Source: a virus. From it: DNA of 64,000 bases. Of this stretch, positions 29,732 through 40,059 are shown one piece after another. How positions within the stretch are numbered: position 1 is the stretch's first letter; every line of letters starts with the position of its first letter. The stretch lies in the IMG/VR virus record IMGVR_UViG_3300032294_002363, positions 32,001 through 96,000 of that record; one strand, written 5' to 3'. Position numbers and translations under genes: made by a program. Below the pieces are notes generated by a model. The model worked only from the letters and a program-made list of their open reading frames with translations, did not search any database and was not told the DNA's origin.

Positions 29732-30860
29732 GTGAAAAAATATATAAATTATTTAATTCTTTCATTAATTCAAGATTATTATTATATTTATTTGATATAT
29801 CCTTTGTTAACCATTGATATTTACTATTAAATTGACCTTCGGAAGATATTAAGATAATTGAAGATTTAAAAAATACATTATTTTTGATATCTATTTGTTG
29901 ATTATTGATCTTCTTGTTTACGATAAGTCCTAGATCCATATAATTTAATTTAAAATTATTTAATTCATTTTCATCTAGCCAAGACATCATAGCATAATTA
30001 ATACTTATATTTTTAAGCCCCCTTATGAAATTGAAATCATTTTCTTTTTCGATTATATAAACTACTTGTGGTATATTATTCTTATATCTTTGAAGAAGCT
30101 CTAATGATATTGGCTTATTGGTAAATATAATACATTTTTTATGTTGAAGATATACTTCTAATGCTTTTTCATTAAATGCATAATCCATTCTTATAATTAG
30201 ATTTTCTATATTAAATTGCCTTGGGTCTACAGGGTTATCTGGTATAATTTGTAGAGTTTTATTAGCATAATCTTCACCAATAAAGATTGTGTTGGGTAGT
30301 TTTTTTGTCTCTATATTTAATAGATTTAGTATGCTATTAGCTATAATTTCTGGTTTTATCTTATTAATGCTTTTAGGAAATTCATCAACAGAATATTGTG
30401 GTTTTTTATTAATCTCTGGATTTAATAGTATAATGTCCTCTTTCTTTGACCAATAAGGTTTTACGTTATTTATATTATTATTAGAATACAAGGCTACGAT
30501 CTTTTTATCGTATCCAGAAGCTATATGCGCTGCAAAACTATCTGCGCCAACATGCATAATTCCATGTTTTATAATAAATGCAGCTTGTTGTATAGTTGTT
30601 TGACCGCACAAATTATAAGTATTTACTACTGGCCTATCTTGTTTAGCTCCAATTTGAATAATCTTTATATTCTCTTTTAATAGATATGGATGAATCATAG
30701 CTATTACTTCATCCCAATAATCATAATTCTTAGATGGATACTTACTAAATGGTTGAAAAGATATATATCTTTCTGTTGGTAATGGGAAAAAGTTTTCGTA
30801 TATATAGGGTTTAGAAATTTTAACCCCACAAGATGTCGCGTATCTTTCTAAAAGATGCAT
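29718..30860 (-). CDS. GT9-like (heptosyltransferase-family) glycosyltransferase
   Basis: IIQIGAKQD...TTIQQAAFIIKHGIMHVGADSFAAHIASGYDKKIVALY. Confidence 0.65.
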   Translation of the reverse strand: MHLLERYATSCGVKISKPYIYENFFPLPTERYISFQPFSKYPSKNYDYWDEVIAMIHPYLLKENIKIIQIGAKQDRPVVNTYNLCGQTTIQQAAFIIKHGIMHVGADSFAAHIASGYDKKIVALYSNNNINNVKPYWSKKEDIILLNPEINKKPQYSVDEFPKSINKIKPEIIANSILNLLNIETKKLPNTIFIGEDYANKTLQIIPDNPVDPRQFNIENLIIRMDYAFNEKALEVYLQHKKCIIFTNKPISLELLQRYKNNIPQVVYIIEKENDFNFIRGLKNISINYAMMSWLDENELNNFKLNYMDLGLIVNKKINNQQIDIKNNVFFKSSIILISSEGQFNSKYQWLTKDISNKYNNNLELMKELNNLYIFSLDQE

Positions 30861-30861
30861 A

Positions 30862-32790
30862 TTATTCTCCTTTTAAATCAAATTGAATATTGGTTTTACC
30901 ATTATGTACATAATCTAGGAATCTTTGAGTCCCAGCATGAGGTAAGAATGCAACTTCAAAATATCCTTTATGGTCACCAACACCTTCAAGCCAAAGTAAT
31001 TGATCCATTTGTGGAATATATTGTATAGTTTTATGGATATATGGATTACCTTGAAGTATCTCAAAGTATTCTGGCTTAACTGCTACATATAGATTATGCT
31101 CTGGATACTGCTCTTTAATATTTTTGAAAAGTGCCGTAGACATATAGATATCACCTATACTTTCTGGCATAACATACAGAACTCTCTTACCGCTATCATT
31201 TTTATCCAAAAGATCTTCAAAATCAACCTTTTTATTTTTTTCATTTTCTTTGATTGCTACATTTCTAAAATAATTCTCAATATCTTGTCTCTTTGCTCCT
31301 TTTGAAATCTCTTGCATCCAATATTTATGTCCATCATCATTTTCATCAACATTTTTCATTTTTAATATGTTGTGATACATAAATGTAAGCCAATCGCCAT
31401 CTTTTTCTATTTTAGGTATTTCGCAGTATGGATTTCTTTCTTCTTCTTTTAATGAAAAGTCATAGTCTGTGAAAGGGCATTCATCAATAAATGATTCGAT
31501 CTTTCCTCCTATTTGTTCTACAGAGAAATTATCTATTGTCCATTCTCTAGCTTTTTCTCCAATCTCTTTTCTTTTTTGCAAAGACATATTATATACTTTA
31601 TTTATTTGTTTAGCTATAGAATTTGGTTTTGTTGAAGCCTTAATGAATTCTGTTCCATGCTCTCTATATTCACTCCATTCTAATTCTAACGATCCAGCAC
31701 CATCTTGGCACATTTCCTCTCCGCAACTATAATTCGTAACTAAAGTTATTAACTCTGTTAATTTAGCTTCTTGAATTGGTATTTCCTGACCACCACTAGT
31801 AAATGGATGACAGTAAACATCCATTAGATTATAGACTTCATTCAATTGTTTTTCCGTAACTCCTATACCAACATTTGTTGTAATTTGAGTTTTTTGTCCA
31901 CCACAGAATCTACAATCAACATCTTGTCCATGAAATGGCTTGATTTCATAATTACCACAGCTTTTACATATATAAGTTGTTAATATTTCTCTTAGATCTA
32001 TATCGTATTCTTTGGCAAGTTTATGGATATTCCATCCTTCACTCCAATGGGTATGTAAAAGTAAAAATGTATTTTTAATTGTTGGATTTGATCTTTTCCA
32101 TAGAGCATATCCTTCTAGAAGATTAGGGACACTTTTTCTCAATTGATTTCTAAAAACAAATCCTACAATAAATGCGTCTAGTGCTATACCAAATTTTTGC
32201 CTTAAATTTTGCCTATCTGTATTTGGTAATCTATAAAAAGTAGAAGAATCAATCGGGCCGTGCATAGTCTTTACATGATCATGTCCAATCTTGTGAAGAG
32301 CTTGCGTAGCAAAGTCGCTCCAAATCCAATAGTTTTTAATCTTTGGAGCTTTTTCTACTGCACTAGGTAAAATTGGTAAAGAATCTAGAGTTGTCCAAAG
32401 TACAGAAGATATTTTGTCAAACCATTTTTTATCAATAGCAAAATCAATCCCCCAAATATCTTGAACTGCAATATAAACATCTGGCTTTTCTTCTTGAATT
32501 ATTTTGTCTAAATAGTGTGCTCCATAACTCGCTAATCTTGCTACGTTTGGATCTTTATTTAATTCTTGTATTTCTTGTTGAGAGTCTGGTAATGATCCAA
32601 TTGATTTCCAAGGAGTTTTCTTTAATTCTGGATTAGAATACTGCATTCCACAGCAGTAATGTACTATATCATATTTACCAGTTTTGTATAAATACGATAA
32701 AAGAGCTTTGGCCGCTCTGCCAAATCCAGTCTTGGCCAAAGCGAAATCAGATTGATAAACTATTTTTTTCTTACGAGACACGACTACCAA
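30862..32790 (-). CDS. GT4-like glycosyltransferase with Zn-ribbon insert and C-terminal GT9-like domain
   Basis: KTGFGRAAK; FVFRNQLRKSVPNLLEGY; YNLMDVYCHPFTSGGQEIPIQEAKL; CKSC...CRFC insert; C-terminal SIGDIYMSTALFKNIKEQYP. Likely start is GTG at 32781. Confidence 0.7.
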   Translation of the reverse strand: MVVVSRKKKIVYQSDFALAKTGFGRAAKALLSYLYKTGKYDIVHYCCGMQYSNPELKKTPWKSIGSLPDSQQEIQELNKDPNVARLASYGAHYLDKIIQEEKPDVYIAVQDIWGIDFAIDKKWFDKISSVLWTTLDSLPILPSAVEKAPKIKNYWIWSDFATQALHKIGHDHVKTMHGPIDSSTFYRLPNTDRQNLRQKFGIALDAFIVGFVFRNQLRKSVPNLLEGYALWKRSNPTIKNTFLLLHTHWSEGWNIHKLAKEYDIDLREILTTYICKSCGNYEIKPFHGQDVDCRFCGGQKTQITTNVGIGVTEKQLNEVYNLMDVYCHPFTSGGQEIPIQEAKLTELITLVTNYSCGEEMCQDGAGSLELEWSEYREHGTEFIKASTKPNSIAKQINKVYNMSLQKRKEIGEKAREWTIDNFSVEQIGGKIESFIDECPFTDYDFSLKEEERNPYCEIPKIEKDGDWLTFMYHNILKMKNVDENDDGHKYWMQEISKGAKRQDIENYFRNVAIKENEKNKKVDFEDLLDKNDSGKRVLYVMPESIGDIYMSTALFKNIKEQYPEHNLYVAVKPEYFEILQGNPYIHKTIQYIPQMDQLLWLEGVGDHKGYFEVAFLPHAGTQRFLDYVHNGKTNIQFDLKGE

Positions 32791-33326
32791 AGCTCGCCAT
32801 CTTCTTCTGAATCAGATTTATTAGATGGTTGATTTTGTTTTGAATTCTTAATCTTTTTAATTGTTTCGACTTCTTGCGTTTTAAAGATTGAATTTAATGC
32901 ATGAACAAGAAATTCCCTTAATAGGCGAGCCTCATTAAAATAAAATCCAAGTAGAAATGACTGCTTATTTTCTATATTTTCTTTGCTTTCTTTATTTACG
33001 CTATAAGAAAATCCTACTTGTTTATCGTCTTTAATGTAGGGAGAAAACTTAATCTTGGTAACTTGTTTATCAGAAGAATGATAGGCTGAAAATTCTACAT
33101 TCTTATCTAAGGCTTCAAGAAGTCCCGCAACCTCTGTCATAGAAAATTTAACTCTGGCACTTTTCTGTGGATTATCTCTATTATCAGAGAATGATCCAGT
33201 CTTTGTGGCCTCATTCCATGAGCTTTGTTTAATTAATGAACTCCAAACTGAGCCTTCTTTTGAATTTACGCTGAAACTACAAGCTGTGCCTGTATTCTTA
33301 CTATTTGGTTTATAAAATGATATCAT
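32784..33326 (-). CDS. putative ssDNA-binding protein (PC4/Whirly-like)
   Basis: Aromatic beta-rich body, acidic tail SDSEEDGELW, position next to the polymerase. Confidence 0.35.
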   Translation of the reverse strand: MISFYKPNSKNTGTACSFSVNSKEGSVWSSLIKQSSWNEATKTGSFSDNRDNPQKSARVKFSMTEVAGLLEALDKNVEFSAYHSSDKQVTKIKFSPYIKDDKQVGFSYSVNKESKENIENKQSFLLGFYFNEARLLREFLVHALNSIFKTQEVETIKKIKNSKQNQPSNKSDSEEDGELW

Positions 33327-33334
33327 ATATAGAT

Positions 33335-33363
33335 ATATTATGACTTATTATTATCTTTGTCAA
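33335..33363 (-). promoter_or_regulatory. sigma70-type promoter TTGACA-N17-TAATAT
   Basis: The -10 box ends 8 nt before ATG 33326. Confidence 0.75.
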
Positions 33364-35947
33364 CTATTTTCTTTAAATCATTTAACTTCATGTATATCTC
33401 TTGATCTTGAATCGCAACAAGATCTCCAAATATACAATCATCCTTTTTTAAGCCTTTAACTATAACAATATTTCCTTCTTCAAAATTTCTATTATTTAAT
33501 AGTTTATTATTTTCTATATTATCATTGAATATTAATGTATTAATATATCCTGTCTCATCAGAGATCTTTAATCTTACATATCTAGTTTTCTTCTCGTTCT
33601 TAGAAACTCCAGAAAATATCTCATCAATTTGACCTACAAATGCGACCTTTGTATTAATTGGTATATCTAATATATCAGAGATTAGATTTAGATTCTCTCT
33701 TTTCTCAGAGAAAATTTCTTTTAAAGATTTATCATAAGTATAACCAAGTAATTTCTTTTCATAATACCAATTTGCAAAACTTTCACTTTTGCTATTTTGA
33801 TTATATATTTTTAGATATGGATCATATTTATTCTTAATAGTTTTTAATCTATTGTCTTTAATAACTACATGATTTTTTTCATCTGTAAATTTATTGAGAT
33901 GTTTAATTATTTTAATTAAATCATAATCAAATTTATCTGCAAACGAAATTGCATACTTTTTCTCTTTAGATGTTAATATATTCCATAATTGAGCTTCTAA
34001 TACAATCTTTGATCTTGATTGATTAAATCCACTCAATGCACCAGCTTGAATTAGTGCTGAAAGAACTCCGATGTTTAAATCTGCTTCTTCTGCTGCTTGA
34101 AATATTTCAAATTTATTAGAATATTTATTCCTAAAGCTATTTAGTTTTTCTATTGATTTATCTGAAATTCCTTTAATAGATAAAAGACCAAATCTTATAT
34201 TTTTATCTTCTGTAGAAAAATCCATATCTGACTTAATAATATGAGGTGGTAATAGTTCAATTTTGAATTCATGCATTTCTTTTTGGATCTTAGAAATTTC
34301 ACCAATTGGGTCTGGTTCATTTCTGCTCATCTTCAATAAAGATAAGAAGAACTGCTGTGGATAATTAAATTTAAGATAAATAGTAACTGCAGCTAAAGCA
34401 GCATACGCAAGAGAATGAGATTTGTTAAAAGAGTAATTGGCAGAATCTTCCATGATTTTCCATAGGATTTCACTAACTTCTTTTGGCAGTTTGTTTTCTT
34501 TTACCTTGGTCTCAATTTTATTTTGCCATGCTTTAATTTCATCAATCTTCTTCTTACCAACAATTCTTCTTAGAATTTCTGCTTCATCAAGTGAGAAACC
34601 AATCTTATTAGCCATTTGCATCAACTGTTCTTGATAAAGAGCAACTCCACCAGTTTGTTTTAAGATATCATCAAAGAATGGATGTATGCTCTCGTATTCG
34701 CCAGTATTAGTATATCTTGCATATTTATCAACGAATTGCAAGGCTCCAGGTCTTGCTAACGCAAGTACTCCACTTAATTCTTCAAGATTTTTAGGTTTTA
34801 CTTTTTGACAAACTTTGAAATTTGTATCTGCTTCAATTTGAAACAGCCCATGTGGTGATTTTAGATCTTGAAGATTAAAATAGATAGAATTATGATTTAA
34901 ATCAATATCTTGAACTTTAATCCCGATACTTTTACAAACATCATCTACAACGGATACGCTTCTTAAGCCCAAAATATCTAATTTGATATTAAATAAACTT
35001 ACCCAATTCATATCGAAGCTTGAAACTGCCTCTTTATCTGAAGAAAATTCAGTAGGACAGACTTTTTCTAAATCATTATAAGATAATAAAACACCAGATG
35101 GATGAACTCCTTTATTCTTGATTAGATCTCTTAACTTTAAAGCAATCTGGTATACTTCTTTATTTTCGTCACACCATTCTTTAAATTTTTCAATTTCTTT
35201 ATATGCTGTTGTGATATCCTTTACTTGGCCGAATATCTTGGGGATAAGAGAAGATATCATCGTCATTTCTTCTTCCGTTTTCTCTCCTACAATTTTACCG
35301 CACTCTTTGATAAGAAGTTTACCGCTAAGAGTATTTAGTGTTAAGATTTTGCTTGTTTTACCTTTAAATTTTGTCTCTAGATACTCTAATACTTTATGAC
35401 GATTATAGTAACAAATATCAAGATCTACGTCACACATCAAACTACCATCTAGATAGGTTATTCCGTCAATAACCTGCTTTTTAGCACGAATCTTAGATAT
35501 AAATCTTTCAAAATAAAGGTTATATTTAACTGGATCAATTCTTGTTACCCCAATAAGGTAAAGAATCAAAGACCCTGCCGCAGAGCCTCTACCTAAACCA
35601 ACAGGGATACTATTAGTTTTACAAAAATTAATGACATCCCAAACAAGTAATATATAATCAATAAATCCTAGTTCTTTTAATGTTTCTAATTCATATTTTG
35701 CGCGATCTACATACTTTTTATATTCTGGTAAGTTTTTATCTATTTTTAAATCTTTAAATCCGTTTAAAGCTAGTGCTCTAAGAAAATCATAATTTGAAAC
35801 ATCTTCGCTGAGATTTAGATGTCTTTTTGCCGAGGAGTCTATATTAAATTCTGGAAGTCTTACCCCATGTAAGCCAAGATCTACATCTTCAAATTTTGAA
35901 GAAAAATCTTTATTTGTTAAATAATTATTCAAATTTTCCTTCATCAT
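33338..35947 (-). CDS. dnaE: DNA polymerase III alpha (family C), catalytic part lacking the PHP domain
   Basis: GLGRGSAAGSL; FERF; CDVDLDI; HPSGV; KLDILGL; YSFNKSHS; IRFGLLSIKGI; C-terminal OB fold. Confidence 0.93.
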   Translation of the reverse strand: MMKENLNNYLTNKDFSSKFEDVDLGLHGVRLPEFNIDSSAKRHLNLSEDVSNYDFLRALALNGFKDLKIDKNLPEYKKYVDRAKYELETLKELGFIDYILLVWDVINFCKTNSIPVGLGRGSAAGSLILYLIGVTRIDPVKYNLYFERFISKIRAKKQVIDGITYLDGSLMCDVDLDICYYNRHKVLEYLETKFKGKTSKILTLNTLSGKLLIKECGKIVGEKTEEEMTMISSLIPKIFGQVKDITTAYKEIEKFKEWCDENKEVYQIALKLRDLIKNKGVHPSGVLLSYNDLEKVCPTEFSSDKEAVSSFDMNWVSLFNIKLDILGLRSVSVVDDVCKSIGIKVQDIDLNHNSIYFNLQDLKSPHGLFQIEADTNFKVCQKVKPKNLEELSGVLALARPGALQFVDKYARYTNTGEYESIHPFFDDILKQTGGVALYQEQLMQMANKIGFSLDEAEILRRIVGKKKIDEIKAWQNKIETKVKENKLPKEVSEILWKIMEDSANYSFNKSHSLAYAALAAVTIYLKFNYPQQFFLSLLKMSRNEPDPIGEISKIQKEMHEFKIELLPPHIIKSDMDFSTEDKNIRFGLLSIKGISDKSIEKLNSFRNKYSNKFEIFQAAEEADLNIGVLSALIQAGALSGFNQSRSKIVLEAQLWNILTSKEKKYAISFADKFDYDLIKIIKHLNKFTDEKNHVVIKDNRLKTIKNKYDPYLKIYNQNSKSESFANWYYEKKLLGYTYDKSLKEIFSEKRENLNLISDILDIPINTKVAFVGQIDEIFSGVSKNEKKTRYVRLKISDETGYINTLIFNDNIENNKLLNNRNFEEGNIVIVKGLKKDDCIFGDLVAIQDQEIYMKLNDLKKIVDKDNNKS

Positions 35948-36140
35948 CTAATTTATCCACTTCTTTAGTAAATTCATTTAGTCCTTTAGTTAATATTCTC
36001 ATTGAATTTTTATCTTTAAGAGAATAAAATACATCTGCTTTTCCATGCTTTTTACCTTTTTGAACAGTTATCAATAGATATTCAATATCAGAATCTTCTA
36101 ATTTTTGAATCATATCGTAAATATCATCTAATGATGCCAT
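35925..36140 (-). CDS. small hypothetical protein inside the split-polymerase cluster
   Basis: 71-aa ORF between exonuclease and DnaE catalytic genes. Confidence 0.65.
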   Translation of the reverse strand: MASLDDIYDMIQKLEDSDIEYLLITVQKGKKHGKADVFYSLKDKNSMRILTKGLNEFTKEVDKLDDEGKFE

Positions 36141-36141
36141 A

Positions 36142-36780
36142 TTATACCTCTATTTGCCATTTCAATTTATTCCATACTTTTAGGTTTAAGTCAAGATCGT
36201 TTATTGCGTCATGCAATTTTTCATAATCATGCTCAATGCCATTCTCTTTACCTAAAACAGAAAGCGAACTTCTAACATTCTTTCTTTTGGTATGATATAT
36301 TTTATATTGATATTCAATTAGACTTTCTTTTGGATTATAAGGCATATTATATTTAATACCTCTAGCAATAGCGTTTGTGTCTATAAATTTATTAATTAAA
36401 TGATGCCAATTACAATTCATAGACTTGTAATATTCTTTGATCATATAAATATCAAAGCCAAGAGTATTATGTCCTATAATATAGTCTGCATGATCTAGCC
36501 AGTCTTTAATTGTTGGAAATATTTCTTTTGGATCATAACCATCTTTTTGTACTTTTTTATGATCGTATCTAGTAATTCTTGCGGCATCTTGGCTAATCTT
36601 TAATTCTGTTTGCCATTTTAAATAAAAATTCTTCTCATCAATCTTTCTATCTCCTTGCACTTTAATCATAGCAATTTGCCAAGGTAAATTATGACAGAAA
36701 TTTAAACAGAGATTAAAAGTTTCGCAGTCTATAAAAACTAACTTCTTATCTTTATTGTATCTTAATAAATGTTCGTCCAT
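36142..36780 (-). CDS. DEDD 3'-5' exonuclease (DnaQ/epsilon-like)
   Basis: VFIDCET (ExoI), IGHNTLGFD (ExoII), LHDAINDL (ExoIII). Confidence 0.88.
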   Translation of the reverse strand: MDEHLLRYNKDKKLVFIDCETFNLCLNFCHNLPWQIAMIKVQGDRKIDEKNFYLKWQTELKISQDAARITRYDHKKVQKDGYDPKEIFPTIKDWLDHADYIIGHNTLGFDIYMIKEYYKSMNCNWHHLINKFIDTNAIARGIKYNMPYNPKESLIEYQYKIYHTKRKNVRSSLSVLGKENGIEHDYEKLHDAINDLDLNLKVWNKLKWQIEV

Positions 36781-37526
36781 TATTTTGCACCTAAATAACT
36801 CTCAAAAGAAAACTCATTACTAGACATATGTTCTAGATCTGGTTTATTCAAAATACTCCTATTATTAATACATCTAAAGGTAAGATATGTCTTGAAGTCA
36901 TTTCTCTTATTATAATAAATACTTTTAGCCTTGTAAAGCTCAAGATTATTTTCTTTTGCAAAATTTTTAATTTTATCTTTTACAATAGAATCAAAGGGTA
37001 GATCGTTATCTTCAATAAAAATTATAGGTTTAGTAAAATTAAATTGAGGGATGCAAATGCAATTTCTTAAAGTATTATTGAATATAAATGAATCATAGAA
37101 TGGAATAGCTAAAATTAAATCTTCTGTCCAATTTTTATTTAAGATTTCATAATCAAGCCTTGGTTCATAATAAAAACCACTTTTTGCAGCAATACTAAAT
37201 AATTTGGTTAGAAGCTCGTGCCCTTTTTTATTTTTAAAGAATATAATAATTTTAGAATTTTTTTGTCTAGACTCTTCGGTTTTATCATTAATCGATTCTG
37301 TAATTGAGACTCTTAAGCCGTAGTTTAATTTAATATTATTTAATTTAGTATTGGTATATGCCTCAAGAAAAGATGACATATTATCTTCTACTAAAGTAAT
37401 TTCATTTAATTTATTATTTTTAGCTATTTGTATAATAGAATCTGGATAATCGTCTGGTTCATCTTTATTCTCAAGAGTTAATATTGACCTTCCCAAGGAA
37501 TAATGAGATTTAAATAGCGGTATCAT
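36780..37526 (-). CDS. stand-alone PHP domain of DnaE
   Basis: IPLFKSHYSLGRSIL...IAKNNKLNEITLVEDNMSSFLEAY...KLNYG...IIIFFKNKKGHELLTKL...FYYEPRLD matches the DnaE N-terminal PHP layout. Confidence 0.82.
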   Translation of the reverse strand: MIPLFKSHYSLGRSILTLENKDEPDDYPDSIIQIAKNNKLNEITLVEDNMSSFLEAYTNTKLNNIKLNYGLRVSITESINDKTEESRQKNSKIIIFFKNKKGHELLTKLFSIAAKSGFYYEPRLDYEILNKNWTEDLILAIPFYDSFIFNNTLRNCICIPQFNFTKPIIFIEDNDLPFDSIVKDKIKNFAKENNLELYKAKSIYYNKRNDFKTYLTFRCINNRSILNKPDLEHMSSNEFSFESYLGAK

Positions 37527-37534
37527 TTTTATTT

Positions 37535-37563
37535 AGTATAAAGTAAGTTTTAATATAAATCAA
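37535..37563 (-). promoter_or_regulatory. sigma70-type promoter TTGATT-N17-TATACT
   Basis: The -10 box ends 8 nt before ATG 37526. Confidence 0.72.
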
Positions 37564-38528
37564 TCTAAAAATTCATCATTAGGTTTATCTAGAAATTCAT
37601 CTTTGGGTTTAATTGTATTAAATTTTGGACATCCTTGATATTTTCTTTTCTCTACATTAAATCCTTTAATATCTTTAAATTTACCATCTAGGCTAGTCTC
37701 AATAATATCGCCTTTATCATTTAATTTTACATAATATTCATACGAATCCCTGTATGGACATCTCCAATTCCCTATCCCACACATCCATTTGCTTTTATCA
37801 TTATCTATTGCGAAATTAGCTTTAGCCGAAGTTTCGTCAAATTTATTAACATAATCATTTATATGTTCTAAATAATGCTCGAATCCCTTTATTTGATCTT
37901 CTGTGAATTGAAGTTCTTGTATGGGTTGTTTTGGAAATCTCAAGAACAAGAAACGTACAATAGGTTTAAGTTTAGGCCATAATTTTTTACTAGCTAAACT
38001 ATACATCATAGCTTGTATATTAGATTCTAGATCATCTCCTCTGAATTTAGCTTTGGAACTCTTGTAGTCAATTATAATCATTTTATTTTTTGATTTAATT
38101 GGTTTATCAATAAAACCCTTAATATGATATTTAGGTTCGTCGTTCTTAATTTCAAAAGCATACTCTGGAGAAACAATTTCGCCATCTTTCTCGCCAAAGA
38201 AGTCATGCTTTAAACCAACCATAATCATTTGATCTAAAATCTCAAAGTTTGATTCATCTAATCCAACTTTTGCTTTTAATTTTTTAACTAGTCTTGCGAT
38301 TCCTTTACTGCCGTTAATCGAGTTCTTTTTTATGATTTTAGTATAATGTGATTTATGTTTTGGATTTAGAAGAAGTTCGAAAATTGTATGACAAATTGTG
38401 CCTCTAAGAGCGCCATCGTTTTGAGTCTGAGGGACTTTAGTATGATAGTTATTCCAATAGACCCAAGAACAAGTTTCAAGGGTTTTAATTCTAGAGGCAG
38501 ATAATACTTTTAGAGACTTGTTTTCCAT
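37560..38528 (-). CDS. PD-(D/E)XK RecB/Cas4-like exonuclease
   Basis: LSASRIKTLETC...GTICHTIFE...IKGFIDK...IIDYKSSK...QAMMYSLA; one N-terminal and three C-terminal Cys compatible with an Fe-S cluster. Confidence 0.85.
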   Translation of the reverse strand: MENKSLKVLSASRIKTLETCSWVYWNNYHTKVPQTQNDGALRGTICHTIFELLLNPKHKSHYTKIIKKNSINGSKGIARLVKKLKAKVGLDESNFEILDQMIMVGLKHDFFGEKDGEIVSPEYAFEIKNDEPKYHIKGFIDKPIKSKNKMIIIDYKSSKAKFRGDDLESNIQAMMYSLASKKLWPKLKPIVRFLFLRFPKQPIQELQFTEDQIKGFEHYLEHINDYVNKFDETSAKANFAIDNDKSKWMCGIGNWRCPYRDSYEYYVKLNDKGDIIETSLDGKFKDIKGFNVEKRKYQGCPKFNTIKPKDEFLDKPNDEFLD

Positions 38529-39415
38529 TGTAGAATTTCTTCTTTACTCATTTCGCCAAAATCTTTTTTTGTTGGTAGTGATATTTTTAATTGTTTATCA
38601 TCAAAATATCTTTTTAATCTAGCGTAAGTTTTTTCTGCTGCAATATTTCCTGCGTTATTTTTATTAGAATCATTATTCAAGCTGATGTAGATCTTTTTAA
38701 TATCAATCTTCAAACAATAATTTAAAATAGATAAGCTGAGATTTGTTCCAAAAGTAACCATAATGTTTTTAACTCCAGCCTGCCATAGGCTTAACATATC
38801 TCCTATACTCTCAACTAGAATTACTTCTTTTTGATCTTGAATAAATTTTGAATTTAAAAATAATGGATAAAGAAAATCATTCTTCTCGCCCAAGTGTTTC
38901 CATTTAATTTTTGATAGATTAGTTATATCTCTACCAGAAAAACCTATGATATTATTATTAATGTCAAATATTGGAAAAACATATCTGTTCTTCATCTTTC
39001 CAGCTTTGGCTACACCACCCTTAAATTCAATCAGAGTCTCATTATTGACTCCTCTATTATTCCAATACTTATGATCTATATCTAAATTATCAAGAATAGT
39101 TGGATCAAATTTTTTAGTAGATTTTAATAATGGTTTTGAGATCTCTGTTGGGCGGTGGAAAGAAAAATTTTTGTCTTTTAACCATTCTTTACCTTTTTCT
39201 GGATTTTCTAGTTTTAAAGTCATACTCACTAATGAACTAAAATCACCACTAATATTTTCTTTAAAATCAAACCAATGACCAGAATCTTTATATATTTTTA
39301 ATACAGTATCATTATCACTATCCCTATATAGAGGTTTAGTTCTATATTCTTTACCATAATCTTTTAATTTATATCCTAGATCAGTTAAGATCTGATATAC
39401 ATTTACTTCGTCCAT
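38510..39415 (-). CDS. DNA primase (TOPRIM)
   Basis: RYVFPIFD...IIGFSGR; VILVESIGDMLSL; YISLNND; KKDFGEM. Confidence 0.85.
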   Translation of the reverse strand: MDEVNVYQILTDLGYKLKDYGKEYRTKPLYRDSDNDTVLKIYKDSGHWFDFKENISGDFSSLVSMTLKLENPEKGKEWLKDKNFSFHRPTEISKPLLKSTKKFDPTILDNLDIDHKYWNNRGVNNETLIEFKGGVAKAGKMKNRYVFPIFDINNNIIGFSGRDITNLSKIKWKHLGEKNDFLYPLFLNSKFIQDQKEVILVESIGDMLSLWQAGVKNIMVTFGTNLSLSILNYCLKIDIKKIYISLNNDSNKNNAGNIAAEKTYARLKRYFDDKQLKISLPTKKDFGEMSKEEILQWKTSL

Positions 39416-40059
39416 TCTAGCGCCTCACTTATCGTAGGAAATTCTTTAACAAATATTTTCTTACATCTTTCCGCGATCTCTCTATGCTCTTTCTGAGTGT
39501 TTTGTTCGGTCCTTAATTCGATATAATGAATCCAACTTCTTAATGAACCTTTCATATACATAGTTGTTTGTGTTGTTAATGGCAATATCATTCTGGCGAC
39601 TTCTTTTGCAACGCCATTTTCTATCATAGTTTCATAACAATGTTGAGATAAAGATAATGACTCTACTAACAATTCATTAACTTTATCATAAGCATCTGTA
39701 TCTATTGGCATTAACTTTTCGCCAACCTGTCTGTTTTTATCTCCCTGCAAACGAAGTTCAATATCTTCAAACTCATTTGCAACACTATATCTTTGACTAA
39801 ATTCTTGAAAGCTGAATGATCTATGTCTAAGAATTTGAGCAGCAATACCACGACTAGTCTTAATCTCAACGCACATATCTACTAATTCAAATGGACTCCA
39901 ATGTTTATGCTTTATCAAAAACTTTAACAGTTTTGGTGCAGTCTCTGTATTCATCTGATTGGATGGATTGCTAACTCTCGCGCAAAACGCGACAAGATCT
40001 TCAGCATTTTTAATTCCTTTAATTTCTGGTTTTGTTATTGATATTAATTCTACATTCAT
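39403..40059 (-). CDS. thyX: FAD-dependent thymidylate synthase ThyX
   Basis: KHKHWSPFE; RHRSFSFQEFSQRY; KEVARMILP; LRSWIHYIELR; QKEHR. Confidence 0.96.
   Translation of the reverse strand: MNVELISITKPEIKGIKNAEDLVAFCARVSNPSNQMNTETAPKLLKFLIKHKHWSPFELVDMCVEIKTSRGIAAQILRHRSFSFQEFSQRYSVANEFEDIELRLQGDKNRQVGEKLMPIDTDAYDKVNELLVESLSLSQHCYETMIENGVAKEVARMILPLTTQTTMYMKGSLRSWIHYIELRTEQNTQKEHREIAERCKKIFVKEFPTISEALEWTK

Noticed and set aside
37560-38528. Cas4-like gene as evidence of a CRISPR system
   Set aside because: No repeat-spacer array or other cas genes seen; it sits in the replication operon like ordinary phage exonucleases.
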